A stretch of 63,822 nucleotides of DNA from Candidatus Acetothermia bacterium (GTDB taxonomy: Bacteria; Bipolaricaulota; Bipolaricaulia; RBG-16-55-9; DRXL01), in the NCBI GenBank assembly GCA_022683945.1, contig JAJHSH010000027.1, positions 1-63,822 on the forward strand, given 5' to 3'. The notes beneath the pieces were generated by a model that ran no database searches, had not been told where the DNA came from, and saw only the letters and a list, made by a program, of their open reading frames with translations. This document shows positions 24,990 through 34,364 of this stretch, in pieces (position 1 is the stretch's first letter; every line of letters starts with the position of its first letter). The position numbers and the translations under genes were made by a program.

Positions 24990-26640
24990 AGGACTGCCCT
25001 TCCGCGCGATCGTGCACCCTATCTTTGGGCAAGAAGAGCGTGATCGCAAACGCCAGCACAACGGCGACCAGACCCACCAAGAAGACCCCGTGTAGCGCTG
25101 TAGCCAGCATCTCCTGCAAAGCGTTCAGCACCGGAGGCGGCAACTGCGCCCGCGCCGCCGGGTTGAGCAGCGCATCGGGATGGCGCACCAAATCTGCAAG
25201 CTTTTCTGCAGAGAACGCATCCCCGGCTAAGCCCATCAACCGCCCCATCTGCGCTTGCATCTGCGCCGTCAAGACCGCTCCCATCACGGCTACGCCTACG
25301 GCTCCGCCAATCGAGCGAAAGAAGATCGTCCCCGAGGTCGCAATGCCCAGTTGTGTCCGCGGGATAGACGTCTGCACAGCGATCAGCAACGTAATCATCG
25401 AGAAACCCATACCCGCACCGGCTACGGCCAGATAGCCCATGACTATAGGACGGCCTGTCTGTGCGTCCATCCAGGCCAGCCCGATAAAACCTACGACGAG
25501 CAGAGCTGCCCCCATCAGCGCCGTCACCCGATAGCCTATCTTCAAGATCAGTCGGCCTCCCAGGACCGAAAACCCCACCCAAGCGAGCATAAAGGGCGTG
25601 AGCGCTGTGCCCGCTTCTGTAGCTGTTGTCCCGATGACCCCTTGGACGAAGAGCGGAATAAACGAAAGCGAGCCGAACATGGCCATCCCCACAAAGAAGC
25701 CATTGCCCGCAGAGACGCTGAAAATTTTGTGCCCAAAGAACGAGAGCGGCACGATGGGTTCCGGGGCGCGTCTCTCAATCCACACAAAGAGCACCCCTAA
25801 GAGCGCCGCAAGCCCCAAGAGCCCAAAGCCCCACCCATCTTGCGGCACTCCGCCGTTCATCAACGCTAAAAGCAAGAGCGTCAAGAACGCCGTCAGCGTG
25901 AACGCGCCGGCATAGTCTATAGTGACTCTCTTGCGATGGTCTTTAGGCTCGATGAGCGCCGTCGCGATGAGAAACGCGGCGAGCAGTCCAAAGGGAATAT
26001 TGATATAAAAGACCCAGCGCCACGAAAGATGATCGGTGACAAAGCCGCCGATCAATGGGCCGATGATGCTGGCCAACCCCCAAACGCCACTAAAGAGCCC
26101 TTGCATACGCGCTCGCTTCTCCGGAGAATAGATCTCTCCAATAATCGTCATCCCCAAGGTCAAGAGCGCTCCCGCGCCCAGACCTTGAATGGCGCGAAAG
26201 ATCACCAGTTGGGTCATCGAAGTGGCCAGACCGGAGAGGATCGAGCCCAACAAAAAAATAAAGATCCCCGCCAGCACAAACGGCCTGCGCCCATAGAGAT
26301 CCGAAAGCCGCCCCCATAGGGGCACCGTCACCGTCGAAGTGAGAATATACGCCGAGAAGACCCAGCTGTAGATCTGCAAGCCTCCCAAGCTGGCGATCAC
26401 CGTGGGCATGGCCGTGCTGACGACCGTCGCTTCGAGCGCACCCAAAAACAGTCCCAGCATGACGCCCAAGGTCACTTTCACGCGTTGCGCCGAGCTCAGC
26501 TCCAGCGGCGGCGCGGCTTGCAGGGAAGCACGATCATGCGCTCCTGCTTGAGCGGGATTTTGGACAGAGACGGTAGGCGCTTCTGTGGAAGATTCGGGCA
26601 TAGCAGGGGCCAGTATACCCAAGAATTGCAAGACCCGCAA
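24988..26640 (-). CDS. MFS transporter, DHA2 (EmrB/QacA-like, about 14 TMS)
   Basis: LGVMLGLFLGALEATVVSTAMPTVIASLGG, GRLSDLYGRRP, and many TM helices. The start is uncertain and an internal M is possible. Confidence 0.85.
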   Translation of the reverse strand: MRVLQFLGILAPAMPESSTEAPTVSVQNPAQAGAHDRASLQAAPPLELSSAQRVKVTLGVMLGLFLGALEATVVSTAMPTVIASLGGLQIYSWVFSAYILTSTVTVPLWGRLSDLYGRRPFVLAGIFIFLLGSILSGLATSMTQLVIFRAIQGLGAGALLTLGMTIIGEIYSPEKRARMQGLFSGVWGLASIIGPLIGGFVTDHLSWRWVFYINIPFGLLAAFLIATALIEPKDHRKRVTIDYAGAFTLTAFLTLLLLALMNGGVPQDGWGFGLLGLAALLGVLFVWIERRAPEPIVPLSFFGHKIFSVSAGNGFFVGMAMFGSLSFIPLFVQGVIGTTATEAGTALTPFMLAWVGFSVLGGRLILKIGYRVTALMGAALLVVGFIGLAWMDAQTGRPIVMGYLAVAGAGMGFSMITLLIAVQTSIPRTQLGIATSGTIFFRSIGGAVGVAVMGAVLTAQMQAQMGRLMGLAGDAFSAEKLADLVRHPDALLNPAARAQLPPPVLNALQEMLATALHGVFLVGLVAVVLAFAITLFLPKDRVHDRAEGQS

Positions 26641-26646
26641 AAGCCC

Positions 26647-27465
26647 TTATCGGCGCGCCCGGACGATCGCGTCGCGCAGCCGAAGTGCGGTTTTTCTCGC
26701 GGCCTGCGCAAAATCTTCGCCCTGCGACGCAAAGATCACGCTGCGCGAGACGGTGATAATAGCAAGCTCGCCCTGAGAGTTCACGCTCTTTTGGACGGCT
26801 CTTTCCAGATCACCCGCTTGAGCGCCCACGCCGGGGACTAAGATGGGCATCTCTTCACCGATGATCTGGCGCACGATGGCCAACTCGTTGGGAGCCGTTG
26901 CCCCGACGACAACTCCGATATTTTTATGAGCGTTCCAGGCGCGCGCTCTTTCGGCCAAGTGTTGATAGAGCGGCTTCCCGGCGCACTCCAAATCTTGAAT
27001 CTCTCGCGCGCTGGGATTGGAGGTGCGCACCAAAACGAAGACCCCTCGCTCGCGATATTCTGAGAACGGCGCTATCGCGTCGAAGCCCTGCAGTGGGTTG
27101 ACCGTCACCGCATCGAACCGATAGTGCTCAAAGAGCGCGTGAGCGTAGGCGCGAGCGGTGTTCTCTATGTCCCCGCGCTTGGCATCAGCGATGACAGGGA
27201 TCTCTTTGGGGATCAGTTCGCGCGTTTGGGAGAGCATCTCAAGGCCTACGGGGCCGAGCATCTCGTAGAACGCCAGATTGGGCTTGTAGGCGCAGACGAG
27301 ATCGCTCGTTGCTTCGATGATCGCTCTATTAAACTCCAAGACGGCGTGGGGGCCGTGGCGCTCGCGCAGGAACACCGGGAGCTTAGAAAGCTCGGAATCG
27401 AGCCCGACGCAGAGCCAGCTCTGATGGCGTTGTGCTATGGTCAGCAGTTTATGCAAAAAAGCCAT
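26647..27465 (-). CDS. pyrF: orotidine 5'-phosphate decarboxylase (type 2)
   Basis: WLCVGLDSELSKLP, AYKPNLAFYE, VIADAKRGDIENT. Confidence 0.9.
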   Translation of the reverse strand: MAFLHKLLTIAQRHQSWLCVGLDSELSKLPVFLRERHGPHAVLEFNRAIIEATSDLVCAYKPNLAFYEMLGPVGLEMLSQTRELIPKEIPVIADAKRGDIENTARAYAHALFEHYRFDAVTVNPLQGFDAIAPFSEYRERGVFVLVRTSNPSAREIQDLECAGKPLYQHLAERARAWNAHKNIGVVVGATAPNELAIVRQIIGEEMPILVPGVGAQAGDLERAVQKSVNSQGELAIITVSRSVIFASQGEDFAQAARKTALRLRDAIVRARR

Positions 27466-27483
27466 ACATATTATAGAAGCAAT

Positions 27484-28224
27484 CTACCGCTTCCTCCCTG
27501 AATTGAACTCGACCAACTTCACCCAATCTATCTTGCCCTTTCGGCAAAACTCCTTTGTGAATTCGACGGTAAAGTTCGTGATGATCTTAGCATATTCCTC
27601 CATAAATTCCTCGTTCTTTTCTTTAGCCCTGTGTCCTAAAGGCTCGATGATCTGGGTGTACAGCTCATCTCTGCCGGAAATTAACTCCCAGAACTCTTGC
27701 CCGCAGTATTTAAAGTAGTCGCCCTTGTTGGGATGAGCATCCTGACCGTAGCAACAGCCGTTGACAGCCACTATTTGAATTTGCGGTCGGCTCTTTTGTA
27801 TCTCTTTAATTACTTGTTTGAAGTTCTCTCGCATTTTCTTTATCTGGTCGGCATTGCCCCAGTTCGGTCCTGATTTTATCGAGACAACATAGAAAACCCC
27901 ATCCCGTTCAAATTCTAAATCTGTACTAGGATGACTCGATTTCTTGCCTCCATAGGCGAGCTGGCAAACATAAATGGCTATCCCTTCCAGAAACTCGCCA
28001 AACATTGTCTCTTCTTGAGAAGATAGATGTGCATCCAAGAGAAGCTTCACTAAATCAGGGGCAGCAATAACATGCTTTGCCTTGAAAAGGTAGGGATTCT
28101 TGCGTTTGAGGATCTGCTTGAGTCTTAGTTGGCGCAAGCTGTCGAGACGTGCCTTGTGGAAACTGTTGATGTTGTCTTCTACATATTTCTTTATGGCGTC
28201 AAGCGATAGGGTATTAGTTCTCAT
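27484..28224 (-). CDS. probable type II restriction endonuclease (246 aa)
   Basis: It starts 10 nt downstream of the methyltransferase gene in the same low-G+C block. KRKNPYLFKAKHVIAAPDLVKLLLDAHLSSQEETMFGEFLE and a TDLEFE...VVSIKSG PD-(D/E)xK-like core recall the TdeIII/Eco47II/PmeII-type REase families. The family name is from memory only. Confidence 0.55.
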   Translation of the reverse strand: MRTNTLSLDAIKKYVEDNINSFHKARLDSLRQLRLKQILKRKNPYLFKAKHVIAAPDLVKLLLDAHLSSQEETMFGEFLEGIAIYVCQLAYGGKKSSHPSTDLEFERDGVFYVVSIKSGPNWGNADQIKKMRENFKQVIKEIQKSRPQIQIVAVNGCCYGQDAHPNKGDYFKYCGQEFWELISGRDELYTQIIEPLGHRAKEKNEEFMEEYAKIITNFTVEFTKEFCRKGKIDWVKLVEFNSGRKR

Positions 28225-28233
28225 GTACAGAGA

Positions 28234-29124
28234 TCACTTCTTGAAGCTTGGTACTGACCCAAGGTCAGGGAAAAGACTAGGCGGTTCCAAAGGTTGCTTA
28301 ACAGCCAGCAGGCGTTGCTTGGCTATCTCGCAATACTGGGGATTGATCTCGATACCGATATAGGTTCTGCCGAGTTGTTTGCAAGCTACGGCAGTTGTGC
28401 CGGAGCCCATGAACGGGTCGAGCACGACATCGCCAGACTGCGTGAACAACTTAATGAACCAGATGGGTAACTCAACAGGGAATGTGGCCGGATGCCCTTT
28501 GTTGGCACACTCCGTAGGCAGATGAAGCACATTTGTCGGGTACGCCAATTCTCTCCCTACCCAATTCAGGATCTTTTTCCCGAAGCCGCTGCCCACTCTT
28601 GAATGGTCTCGGCGCTTGTCCGTTTCGCTCAGCTTCCTCAATCGGGTCTCTTTCCAAGCCCCCATCGGAACCATGACCGCCTCTTGATACATGGTAAATT
28701 TCCTCTGCTTGGTGAAGTGCAAGCACCGCTCCCAGGCATCTCTAAAACGATTAGGCCATTTCCCCGGATAGCAATTCTTCTTGTGCCAGCAGTATTCTTC
28801 GATCCAGAACCATCCCTGTTCGCGCATCTTCAAGATGAGTTGAAGAACGTAGGTGTGTCGCTCAGCGTTCACAACCCTCTCTTTGATGTTAAGAATGAAG
28901 GAGCCTTCGGGCTTCAATACCCGTTTTAGTTCAGCAGCGATGGGCAAAAACCACTCGACATATCTGTCGGGATGCACTCCGCCGTAGAGGTCCTTTCTCT
29001 GGTCAGCGTATGGCGGGGAGGTTACGATCAGATCAACAGAGTTATCGGGTAATTGGGGAAGGATTTGGGCACAGTCGCCCTCGATGATGGAGTTCAGAAA
29101 TCTCTCTAAGCCATTCTCGCTCAT
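28234..29124 (-). CDS. beta-class DNA methyltransferase (N4-cytosine or N6-adenine)
   Basis: Motif IV, DLIVTSPPY, is near the N-terminus, and motif I, DPFMGSGTT, is near the C-terminus. Confidence 0.9.
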   Translation of the reverse strand: MSENGLERFLNSIIEGDCAQILPQLPDNSVDLIVTSPPYADQRKDLYGGVHPDRYVEWFLPIAAELKRVLKPEGSFILNIKERVVNAERHTYVLQLILKMREQGWFWIEEYCWHKKNCYPGKWPNRFRDAWERCLHFTKQRKFTMYQEAVMVPMGAWKETRLRKLSETDKRRDHSRVGSGFGKKILNWVGRELAYPTNVLHLPTECANKGHPATFPVELPIWFIKLFTQSGDVVLDPFMGSGTTAVACKQLGRTYIGIEINPQYCEIAKQRLLAVKQPLEPPSLFPDLGSVPSFKK

Positions 29125-29228
29125 TATAGACTTTCCCTTGTTGCTTTATTATACAAAACAGCTTCTTACTAGACTACACAACTTGCTTGCGCTCTCCTCT
29201 TTATGTTAGGATAAGCTCTCTATAATTT

Positions 29229-30539
29229 ATGCGTGTCATCGTCATCGGCGCGGGCGAGGTCGGCTGGAGCACCGCCCAGGCGCTCCAAACGGACCACGAC
29301 GTCGTGCTCATCGAGAAAGAGCCGGAACGGTTTGAGACCCTCCAAGAACTGGACGTGCTCGCCCTCTGCGGCAATGGCGCCAGCTTGAAGACGCTCAAAG
29401 AGGCCGGAGCCGAAAGAGCAGAGATGGCTATTGCTTGCACAGATATTGATGAAGTTAACATCGTCGCCTGCGCTGCCGCCAAACAGTTGGGCACGAAACT
29501 CACCATCGCGCGAGTGCAAGACGCTGAATATTTGCAAACGTGGAAGCGCGGCTATCTGGGAGTAGACGAGATGGTCTGCAGCGAGCTGATCACCGCACAG
29601 GCGCTTGCCCGCTTGATGGGCCTGCGCGAGATCCGCGCCTCGGAAGAGTTCGCCGATGGGAAGATTCTGATGACCGAGACGATCATCGAAGAGAACGCTC
29701 CTATTATCGGGCTGAAGCTCAAAGACGCGGCCATCCCCCCGCAATGCAACGTCGCCAGCATCGTGCGCGACGGACGCGTTACGATCCCGCGCGGCGACGA
29801 CGTGATCTTAGCTCATGACCGTCTGGTGCTCATCGGGACGCCCTCCGCCGTCGGGGAGTTCAATCGGCGCTTGAGCTTGCACCCGACAGTTAAAGATATT
29901 CTAATTATCGGCGGGGGGCGGATCGGCTTTCGTCTGGCGCAGCTGTTGCAGCCGCAAGGGCTGCATCCCAAGATCGTCGAGATCGAAGAAGAACGCAGCC
30001 GCTGGCTTGCAGAAAATCTTCCCCAGAGCATCGTGTTCCATGGCGACGGCACCGATATTGATCTCCTAGAACAAGAAGGGTTGGGCAAATCCGAGATCGC
30101 GGTCAGCGTCATCGGCATAGACGAGAAGAATCTTTTATGTGGACTTCTGTTAAAGCGCTTAGGAGTCGCCAAGGTGATCGCTCGTGTGGAAGATCCCGAC
30201 TTTGTTGCGATCTTCGAGCGGGTCGGCATCGACATCGCCATCAATCCGCGCCGGCTGGTCGCCGAAGAGATTATCAGTTTCACGCGCGACCGCATCGAGA
30301 AGACGCTCTTCTTAGAAGAGAATCGTGCTGAAGTGCTGGAGATCGAAGTCTCGCCCCAAAGCCCGCTGCTGGGCGTGAAGCTGGCGCAGGCGCAGCTGCC
30401 CGCGGGGCTCTTGGTGGGGGCCATCGTGCGCGCAGAAAGAGTTATTATCCCGCGAGGCAGCGATGCGTTGCGCCCCAGAGATCGCGTCATCCTCTTCAGC
30501 ACGCCGGAAGCCGCCCGCGAGATCGAAAGACTCTTATGA
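29229..30539 (+). CDS. trkA: Trk potassium uptake system, NAD-binding subunit
   Basis: Two RCK N-domains (IGAGEVG, IIGGGRIG), each followed by a TrkA_C domain. Confidence 0.9.
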   Translation: MRVIVIGAGEVGWSTAQALQTDHDVVLIEKEPERFETLQELDVLALCGNGASLKTLKEAGAERAEMAIACTDIDEVNIVACAAAKQLGTKLTIARVQDAEYLQTWKRGYLGVDEMVCSELITAQALARLMGLREIRASEEFADGKILMTETIIEENAPIIGLKLKDAAIPPQCNVASIVRDGRVTIPRGDDVILAHDRLVLIGTPSAVGEFNRRLSLHPTVKDILIIGGGRIGFRLAQLLQPQGLHPKIVEIEEERSRWLAENLPQSIVFHGDGTDIDLLEQEGLGKSEIAVSVIGIDEKNLLCGLLLKRLGVAKVIARVEDPDFVAIFERVGIDIAINPRRLVAEEIISFTRDRIEKTLFLEENRAEVLEIEVSPQSPLLGVKLAQAQLPAGLLVGAIVRAERVIIPRGSDALRPRDRVILFSTPEAAREIERLL

Positions 30540-32011
30540 TGCGACGCTGGGATTTATCGGTTGACCTGCGCGTTGCGTTCCATCTTATCGGTATTATTCT
30601 CAAGGGGAACGCTCTGACGTTTCTTGTGCCGCTCATCGTTGCGCTGCTCTATCGGGAGTCCATAATCCCTTTCTTGGTGCCTGCCGCCCTCTCCTTGCTC
30701 ATCGGTTGGGCGGTAGAATGGGCAACGCGAGGAGAGCGGGAGATTGGGCTACGGGAAAGCTTCTTAGTCGTAGCTGTCGTCTGGGTCGTGGCGGCGGCTT
30801 TTGGGGCCATGCCCTTTGTGCTCGCAGGGGTTCTCAAGCCGGTGGACGCTTATTTTGAAGCCATGAGCGGCTATACGACTACAGGAGCTAGTATCATCAC
30901 CAACGTAGAGACCCAGACGCACTCGCTTCTGATCTGGCGGGCGTTCATGCAATGGCTAGGGGGGTTGGGCATTGTGGCGCTCTTCGTGGCCATCTTCCCC
31001 AATCTAGCCATCGGTGGCCGCCAGATCATGGAAGCCGAAGCCGCTTGGCTGGTCCGTGACAAGCTGACTCCACGCCTGCGCCAAGCCGCCCGCAGTTTCT
31101 GGGGCATCTATATCGGTCTCACTTTCGCTGAAATTCTTCTGTTGTGGGGAGTCGGTCTCTCTCTGTATGAAGCCGTCGCCCATGCGTTCACCACACTCGC
31201 TACCGGGGGATTTTCCACACGCAATGCAGGAATCGCTGATTTTTCTGGACTGGTCGCTTGGATCATCATCCCCTTTATGATTCTGGGGGCTACGAGCTTT
31301 ACACTTATGTATCGCGCCCTGCTGGGACGCACTCTCAGGTTCTTTGCCGCCGATGAAGAGTTCAAATTCTTTATCGGTATCTTAGCCCTAGCGACGCTGG
31401 TTCTCTTTTTGAACTCCCTCGGGCTCTATGAGAGTATCGAAGAAGCTCTACGGCATAGCGCGTTCCAAGCGACCAGTATTATGACCACAACGGGATATGC
31501 GAGCACGGACTTCGATCAGTGGAACTCCTTGGGTAAGTTTATCTTATTGCTCTTGATGTTCTTCGGCGGCAGCGCCGGCTCTACGACCGGCTCGATAAAA
31601 GTCCTGCGCGCACTAGTGATCTTCAAGCTCATCGCGCGCGAAATCCAGAGGATCATACACCCTCAAAGGGTCATCCCCGTGCGCTTAGGGGGGCGGGTCG
31701 TTCCTGAAGAGGCCATCAAAAGCATCTTGATCTTAGCCGTGCTCTACGTAACGATCTTTGCTTTCAGCACGGCGCTCCTGCTGCTGGACACCACGCGCGC
31801 GGGGCTGCAGTTGACGGTGGCCGACGCCGCAAGCGCGGTGGCCGCGACGATGGGCAGTGTCGGACCCGGCTTCGGGATCGTCGGGCCGATGAGCACCTAT
31901 GCTGATCTGCCGACGACCTCCAAAGCGCTCTTGGTCTTTTGCATGTGGATTGGGCGCCTGGAGATCTTCCCCGTTATAGTTCTCTTTGCGCGCAGCTACT
32001 GGAAGGGCTGA
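30536..32011 (+). CDS. trkH: Trk/Ktr potassium uptake membrane subunit
   Basis: A multi-TM protein with selectivity-filter-like MSGYTTTGAS, TLATGGFST, TTTGYAST and GGSAGSTTGSIK. It overlaps the trkA stop. Confidence 0.9.
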   Translation: MMRRWDLSVDLRVAFHLIGIILKGNALTFLVPLIVALLYRESIIPFLVPAALSLLIGWAVEWATRGEREIGLRESFLVVAVVWVVAAAFGAMPFVLAGVLKPVDAYFEAMSGYTTTGASIITNVETQTHSLLIWRAFMQWLGGLGIVALFVAIFPNLAIGGRQIMEAEAAWLVRDKLTPRLRQAARSFWGIYIGLTFAEILLLWGVGLSLYEAVAHAFTTLATGGFSTRNAGIADFSGLVAWIIIPFMILGATSFTLMYRALLGRTLRFFAADEEFKFFIGILALATLVLFLNSLGLYESIEEALRHSAFQATSIMTTTGYASTDFDQWNSLGKFILLLLMFFGGSAGSTTGSIKVLRALVIFKLIAREIQRIIHPQRVIPVRLGGRVVPEEAIKSILILAVLYVTIFAFSTALLLLDTTRAGLQLTVADAASAVAATMGSVGPGFGIVGPMSTYADLPTTSKALLVFCMWIGRLEIFPVIVLFARSYWKG

Positions 32012-32014
32012 ACG

Positions 32015-32614
32015 ATGCGCACTTTCATTGTGCTCGGCCATCGCGCCGCGCTGACGCCTGACTTCACGCTCAACGATCTACCCGGCAGCGCCGGACGCTT
32101 AGATATTCTCTGCCGCTGCGTGACGTCAGCTTTTTGCTTGTCGCACGGGATTCGTCGTGACGTGATGGTCTATTTAATATTGCAAAATCAACTGATGATT
32201 CGTCTGGAGGGAGCGCGCTTAAAACATCTTAATCCCGACGAGCGCTCGACCGGGGCGCTGCTGCAAAAAGCGCTCTTAGCACACCAAGAACATCCTGAAA
32301 GCGAGATCGAGAGCACACCGGGGATCTTTATCAGCAAGGGGGCTCTGCCTGATGGGCTCGCCCGCGTTAAAGAAAAAGAGACTGTCTATGTGCTCCACGA
32401 AGAGGGTCGCCCTATCGGTGAGATAGCCTTGCCCCAAGAAGTCGCTTTTGTGCTCAGCGATCACTGCAACTTTCAGCCCGACGAAGAAGCGCTCTTGAAA
32501 GACTATTCCCGTCTCAGTCTCGGCCCGCGCTCGCTCCACGCCGATCACTGCATCACCATTGTTCATAATCAGTTGGACAGAGCCCAATTTGCAAATCGGA
32601 CTCTTTTGGTCTAG
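32015..32614 (+). CDS. trmY: SPOUT methyltransferase of the archaeal TrmY (DUF358) type, tRNA pseudouridine-54 N1-methyltransferase-like
   Basis: MRTFIVLGHRA..DFTLNDLPGSAGRLDILCRCVTSAFCLSHGIRRDV...NPDERS closely follows the remembered M. jannaschii TrmY N-terminus (..[38 protein letters not shown]). Confidence 0.7.
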   Translation: MRTFIVLGHRAALTPDFTLNDLPGSAGRLDILCRCVTSAFCLSHGIRRDVMVYLILQNQLMIRLEGARLKHLNPDERSTGALLQKALLAHQEHPESEIESTPGIFISKGALPDGLARVKEKETVYVLHEEGRPIGEIALPQEVAFVLSDHCNFQPDEEALLKDYSRLSLGPRSLHADHCITIVHNQLDRAQFANRTLLV

Positions 32615-32629
32615 TATTGGCTTTGCGCT

Positions 32630-33112
32630 ATGGAAACACTTTTAGGCAAGCCGGTGCGGGAATCTTTTGTGGAATTAGTGCAGATCGTCCGTCCCGAGGA
32701 TGCGAACCCCTTGGGGATTGCCTTCGGCGGCAAGGTCGTCCAATGGATGGACACCGCAGCCGCTATCGCCGCGACGCGCCACGCCCGCAAGCCCGTCGTG
32801 ACCGCCTCTATTGATAGTTTGAGCTTTCTTTCGCCCATTAGAATCGGAGACTTTGTGGTCATCCGCGCTCAAGTGAACTACACCGGCAAGACATCTATGG
32901 AGGTCGGCGTGACGATAGATTCTGAAAACCCGCTCACGGGCGAACAGAAGCGCACCACGAGCGGCTATCTGACGTTTGTCGCCCTCGACGAATACGGGCA
33001 GCCCACCCCCGTGCCCCCGGTCATCCCTGAGACGGCCGAAGAGAAGCGCTTGCACGCTGAAGCCCAGAGACGCCGCCAAGAGAAACTCAAGCATCGCTTC
33101 GATAGTCTCTAA
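32630..33112 (+). CDS. acyl-CoA thioesterase (hotdog fold, YciA/BFIT-like)
   Basis: VRPEDANPLGIAFGGKVVQWMDTAAAIAATRHA...ASIDSLSFLSPIRIGD. Confidence 0.85.
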   Translation: METLLGKPVRESFVELVQIVRPEDANPLGIAFGGKVVQWMDTAAAIAATRHARKPVVTASIDSLSFLSPIRIGDFVVIRAQVNYTGKTSMEVGVTIDSENPLTGEQKRTTSGYLTFVALDEYGQPTPVPPVIPETAEEKRLHAEAQRRRQEKLKHRFDSL

Positions 33113-33116
33113 GATC

Positions 33117-33524
33117 ATGCTCTGTCCCCATTTCTCCGACGGTGAGATTCGTGAATTGCCCTTGATCGAGCTGCTCTGCCACGAAGAGATCGATCCGGCT
33201 CGTTTTCACGAATTGCTCGAACACATCCAAAAAAATGGCGAGATCGACGAGCCGATCTTGGTTGACCAGCGCACCAGAATCATTCTCGACGGCCATCATC
33301 GCTATCACGTCTTCAGATACTTAGGTCGGGAGAAGATCTCCTGTTGCTTGATAGACTATCAAGCCGACTGGGTCGAAGTGCGCTCGCGCCGCCCGGAGTT
33401 TATCGTCACCAAGACCGACGTGATCCGTCGCGCCCTCACCGGCGATCTCTATCCCTCCAAGACGACCAGGCATATCTTGCATCAGCCTCCGTGCGAACGA
33501 TGCCAAGTGACCGCTGAAGAGTAG
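33117..33524 (+). CDS. ParB/Srx-like nuclease-domain protein (135 aa)
   Basis: PILVDQRTRIILDGHHRYHVFRYLG carries the DGHHR motif. The ATG at 33117 is preferred; the ORF-track start at 32976 overlaps the thioesterase gene. Confidence 0.65.
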   Translation: MLCPHFSDGEIRELPLIELLCHEEIDPARFHELLEHIQKNGEIDEPILVDQRTRIILDGHHRYHVFRYLGREKISCCLIDYQADWVEVRSRRPEFIVTKTDVIRRALTGDLYPSKTTRHILHQPPCERCQVTAEE

Positions 33525-33594
33525 CAGCGCATGGCCCTCACCCCAACAGTTTGCTTTCTCGCCCAAGAAGCAATAGAATCTTTCTGGAGCATGT

Positions 33595-34272
33595 ATGGAC
33601 GAAGAAGTTAGTGGCTCTCCCCAGCGAGATCGCCGGAAGATGATTCGTTATCTCGCCACCCAAGGGATCACCGATAAGAGCGTGCTCGATGCGATGCTGC
33701 GCATCCCGCGACATCTCTTCATCGCCAATGCTCTGTGGGATCAAGCCTACGCCGATCACCCTCTCCCCATCGAGCAAAATCAGACGATCTCTCAGCCCTA
33801 TATCGTCGCGCTGATGACTCAAGCGCTCCAGATCCAAAAGAGCGATCGCGTTTTGGAGATCGGCACCGGCTCTGGGTATCAGACGGCCATCTTGGCCGAG
33901 TTGGCCGGGCGCGTCTATACGATCGAGCGCTTCCCTCAGCTCTCGCAGCAGGCGTGCAAACTCCTCGGTGCAGCGAGCTACACGAATATTGATTATCGCG
34001 TGGGTGACGGGACTTTGGGCTGGCCCGAAGAGATTTCCTTTGAGAAGATCATCGTGACCGCTGCGGCCCCCGAAGTGCCCGCTCCTCTCTTGACGCAGTT
34101 GGCCGACGGGGGACGGATGGTGCTGCCCGTTGGTGGACGCCAGCTACAGATGCTCTTGCTCATCCAACGCGAAAACCAAGAGTTTATCAGAGAAGAGCTT
34201 TGTGCGTGCAGTTTTCTGCCGCTCATTGGGAAGGAGGGATGGCGGGAAGAATTACACTCAACGACGATGTAG
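33595..34272 (+). CDS. pcm: protein-L-isoaspartate O-methyltransferase
   Basis: VLDAMLRIPRHLF, QTISQPYIVALM, VLEIGTGSGYQTA. Confidence 0.9.
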   Translation: MDEEVSGSPQRDRRKMIRYLATQGITDKSVLDAMLRIPRHLFIANALWDQAYADHPLPIEQNQTISQPYIVALMTQALQIQKSDRVLEIGTGSGYQTAILAELAGRVYTIERFPQLSQQACKLLGAASYTNIDYRVGDGTLGWPEEISFEKIIVTAAAPEVPAPLLTQLADGGRMVLPVGGRQLQMLLLIQRENQEFIREELCACSFLPLIGKEGWREELHSTTM

Positions 34273-34364
34273 ATCTCAGTATGGGTGCACGACCGTGCGC
34301 CTCAGTTGGAAAGAACTCTCACAATCTAAATCTATAAGATCTATAAGGAGGAACAGTCGCATAT

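Noticed and set aside
24886-25095. 69-aa plus-strand ORF after the small protein gene
   Set aside because: It runs through the rho-independent terminator and into the antisense of the MFS gene.
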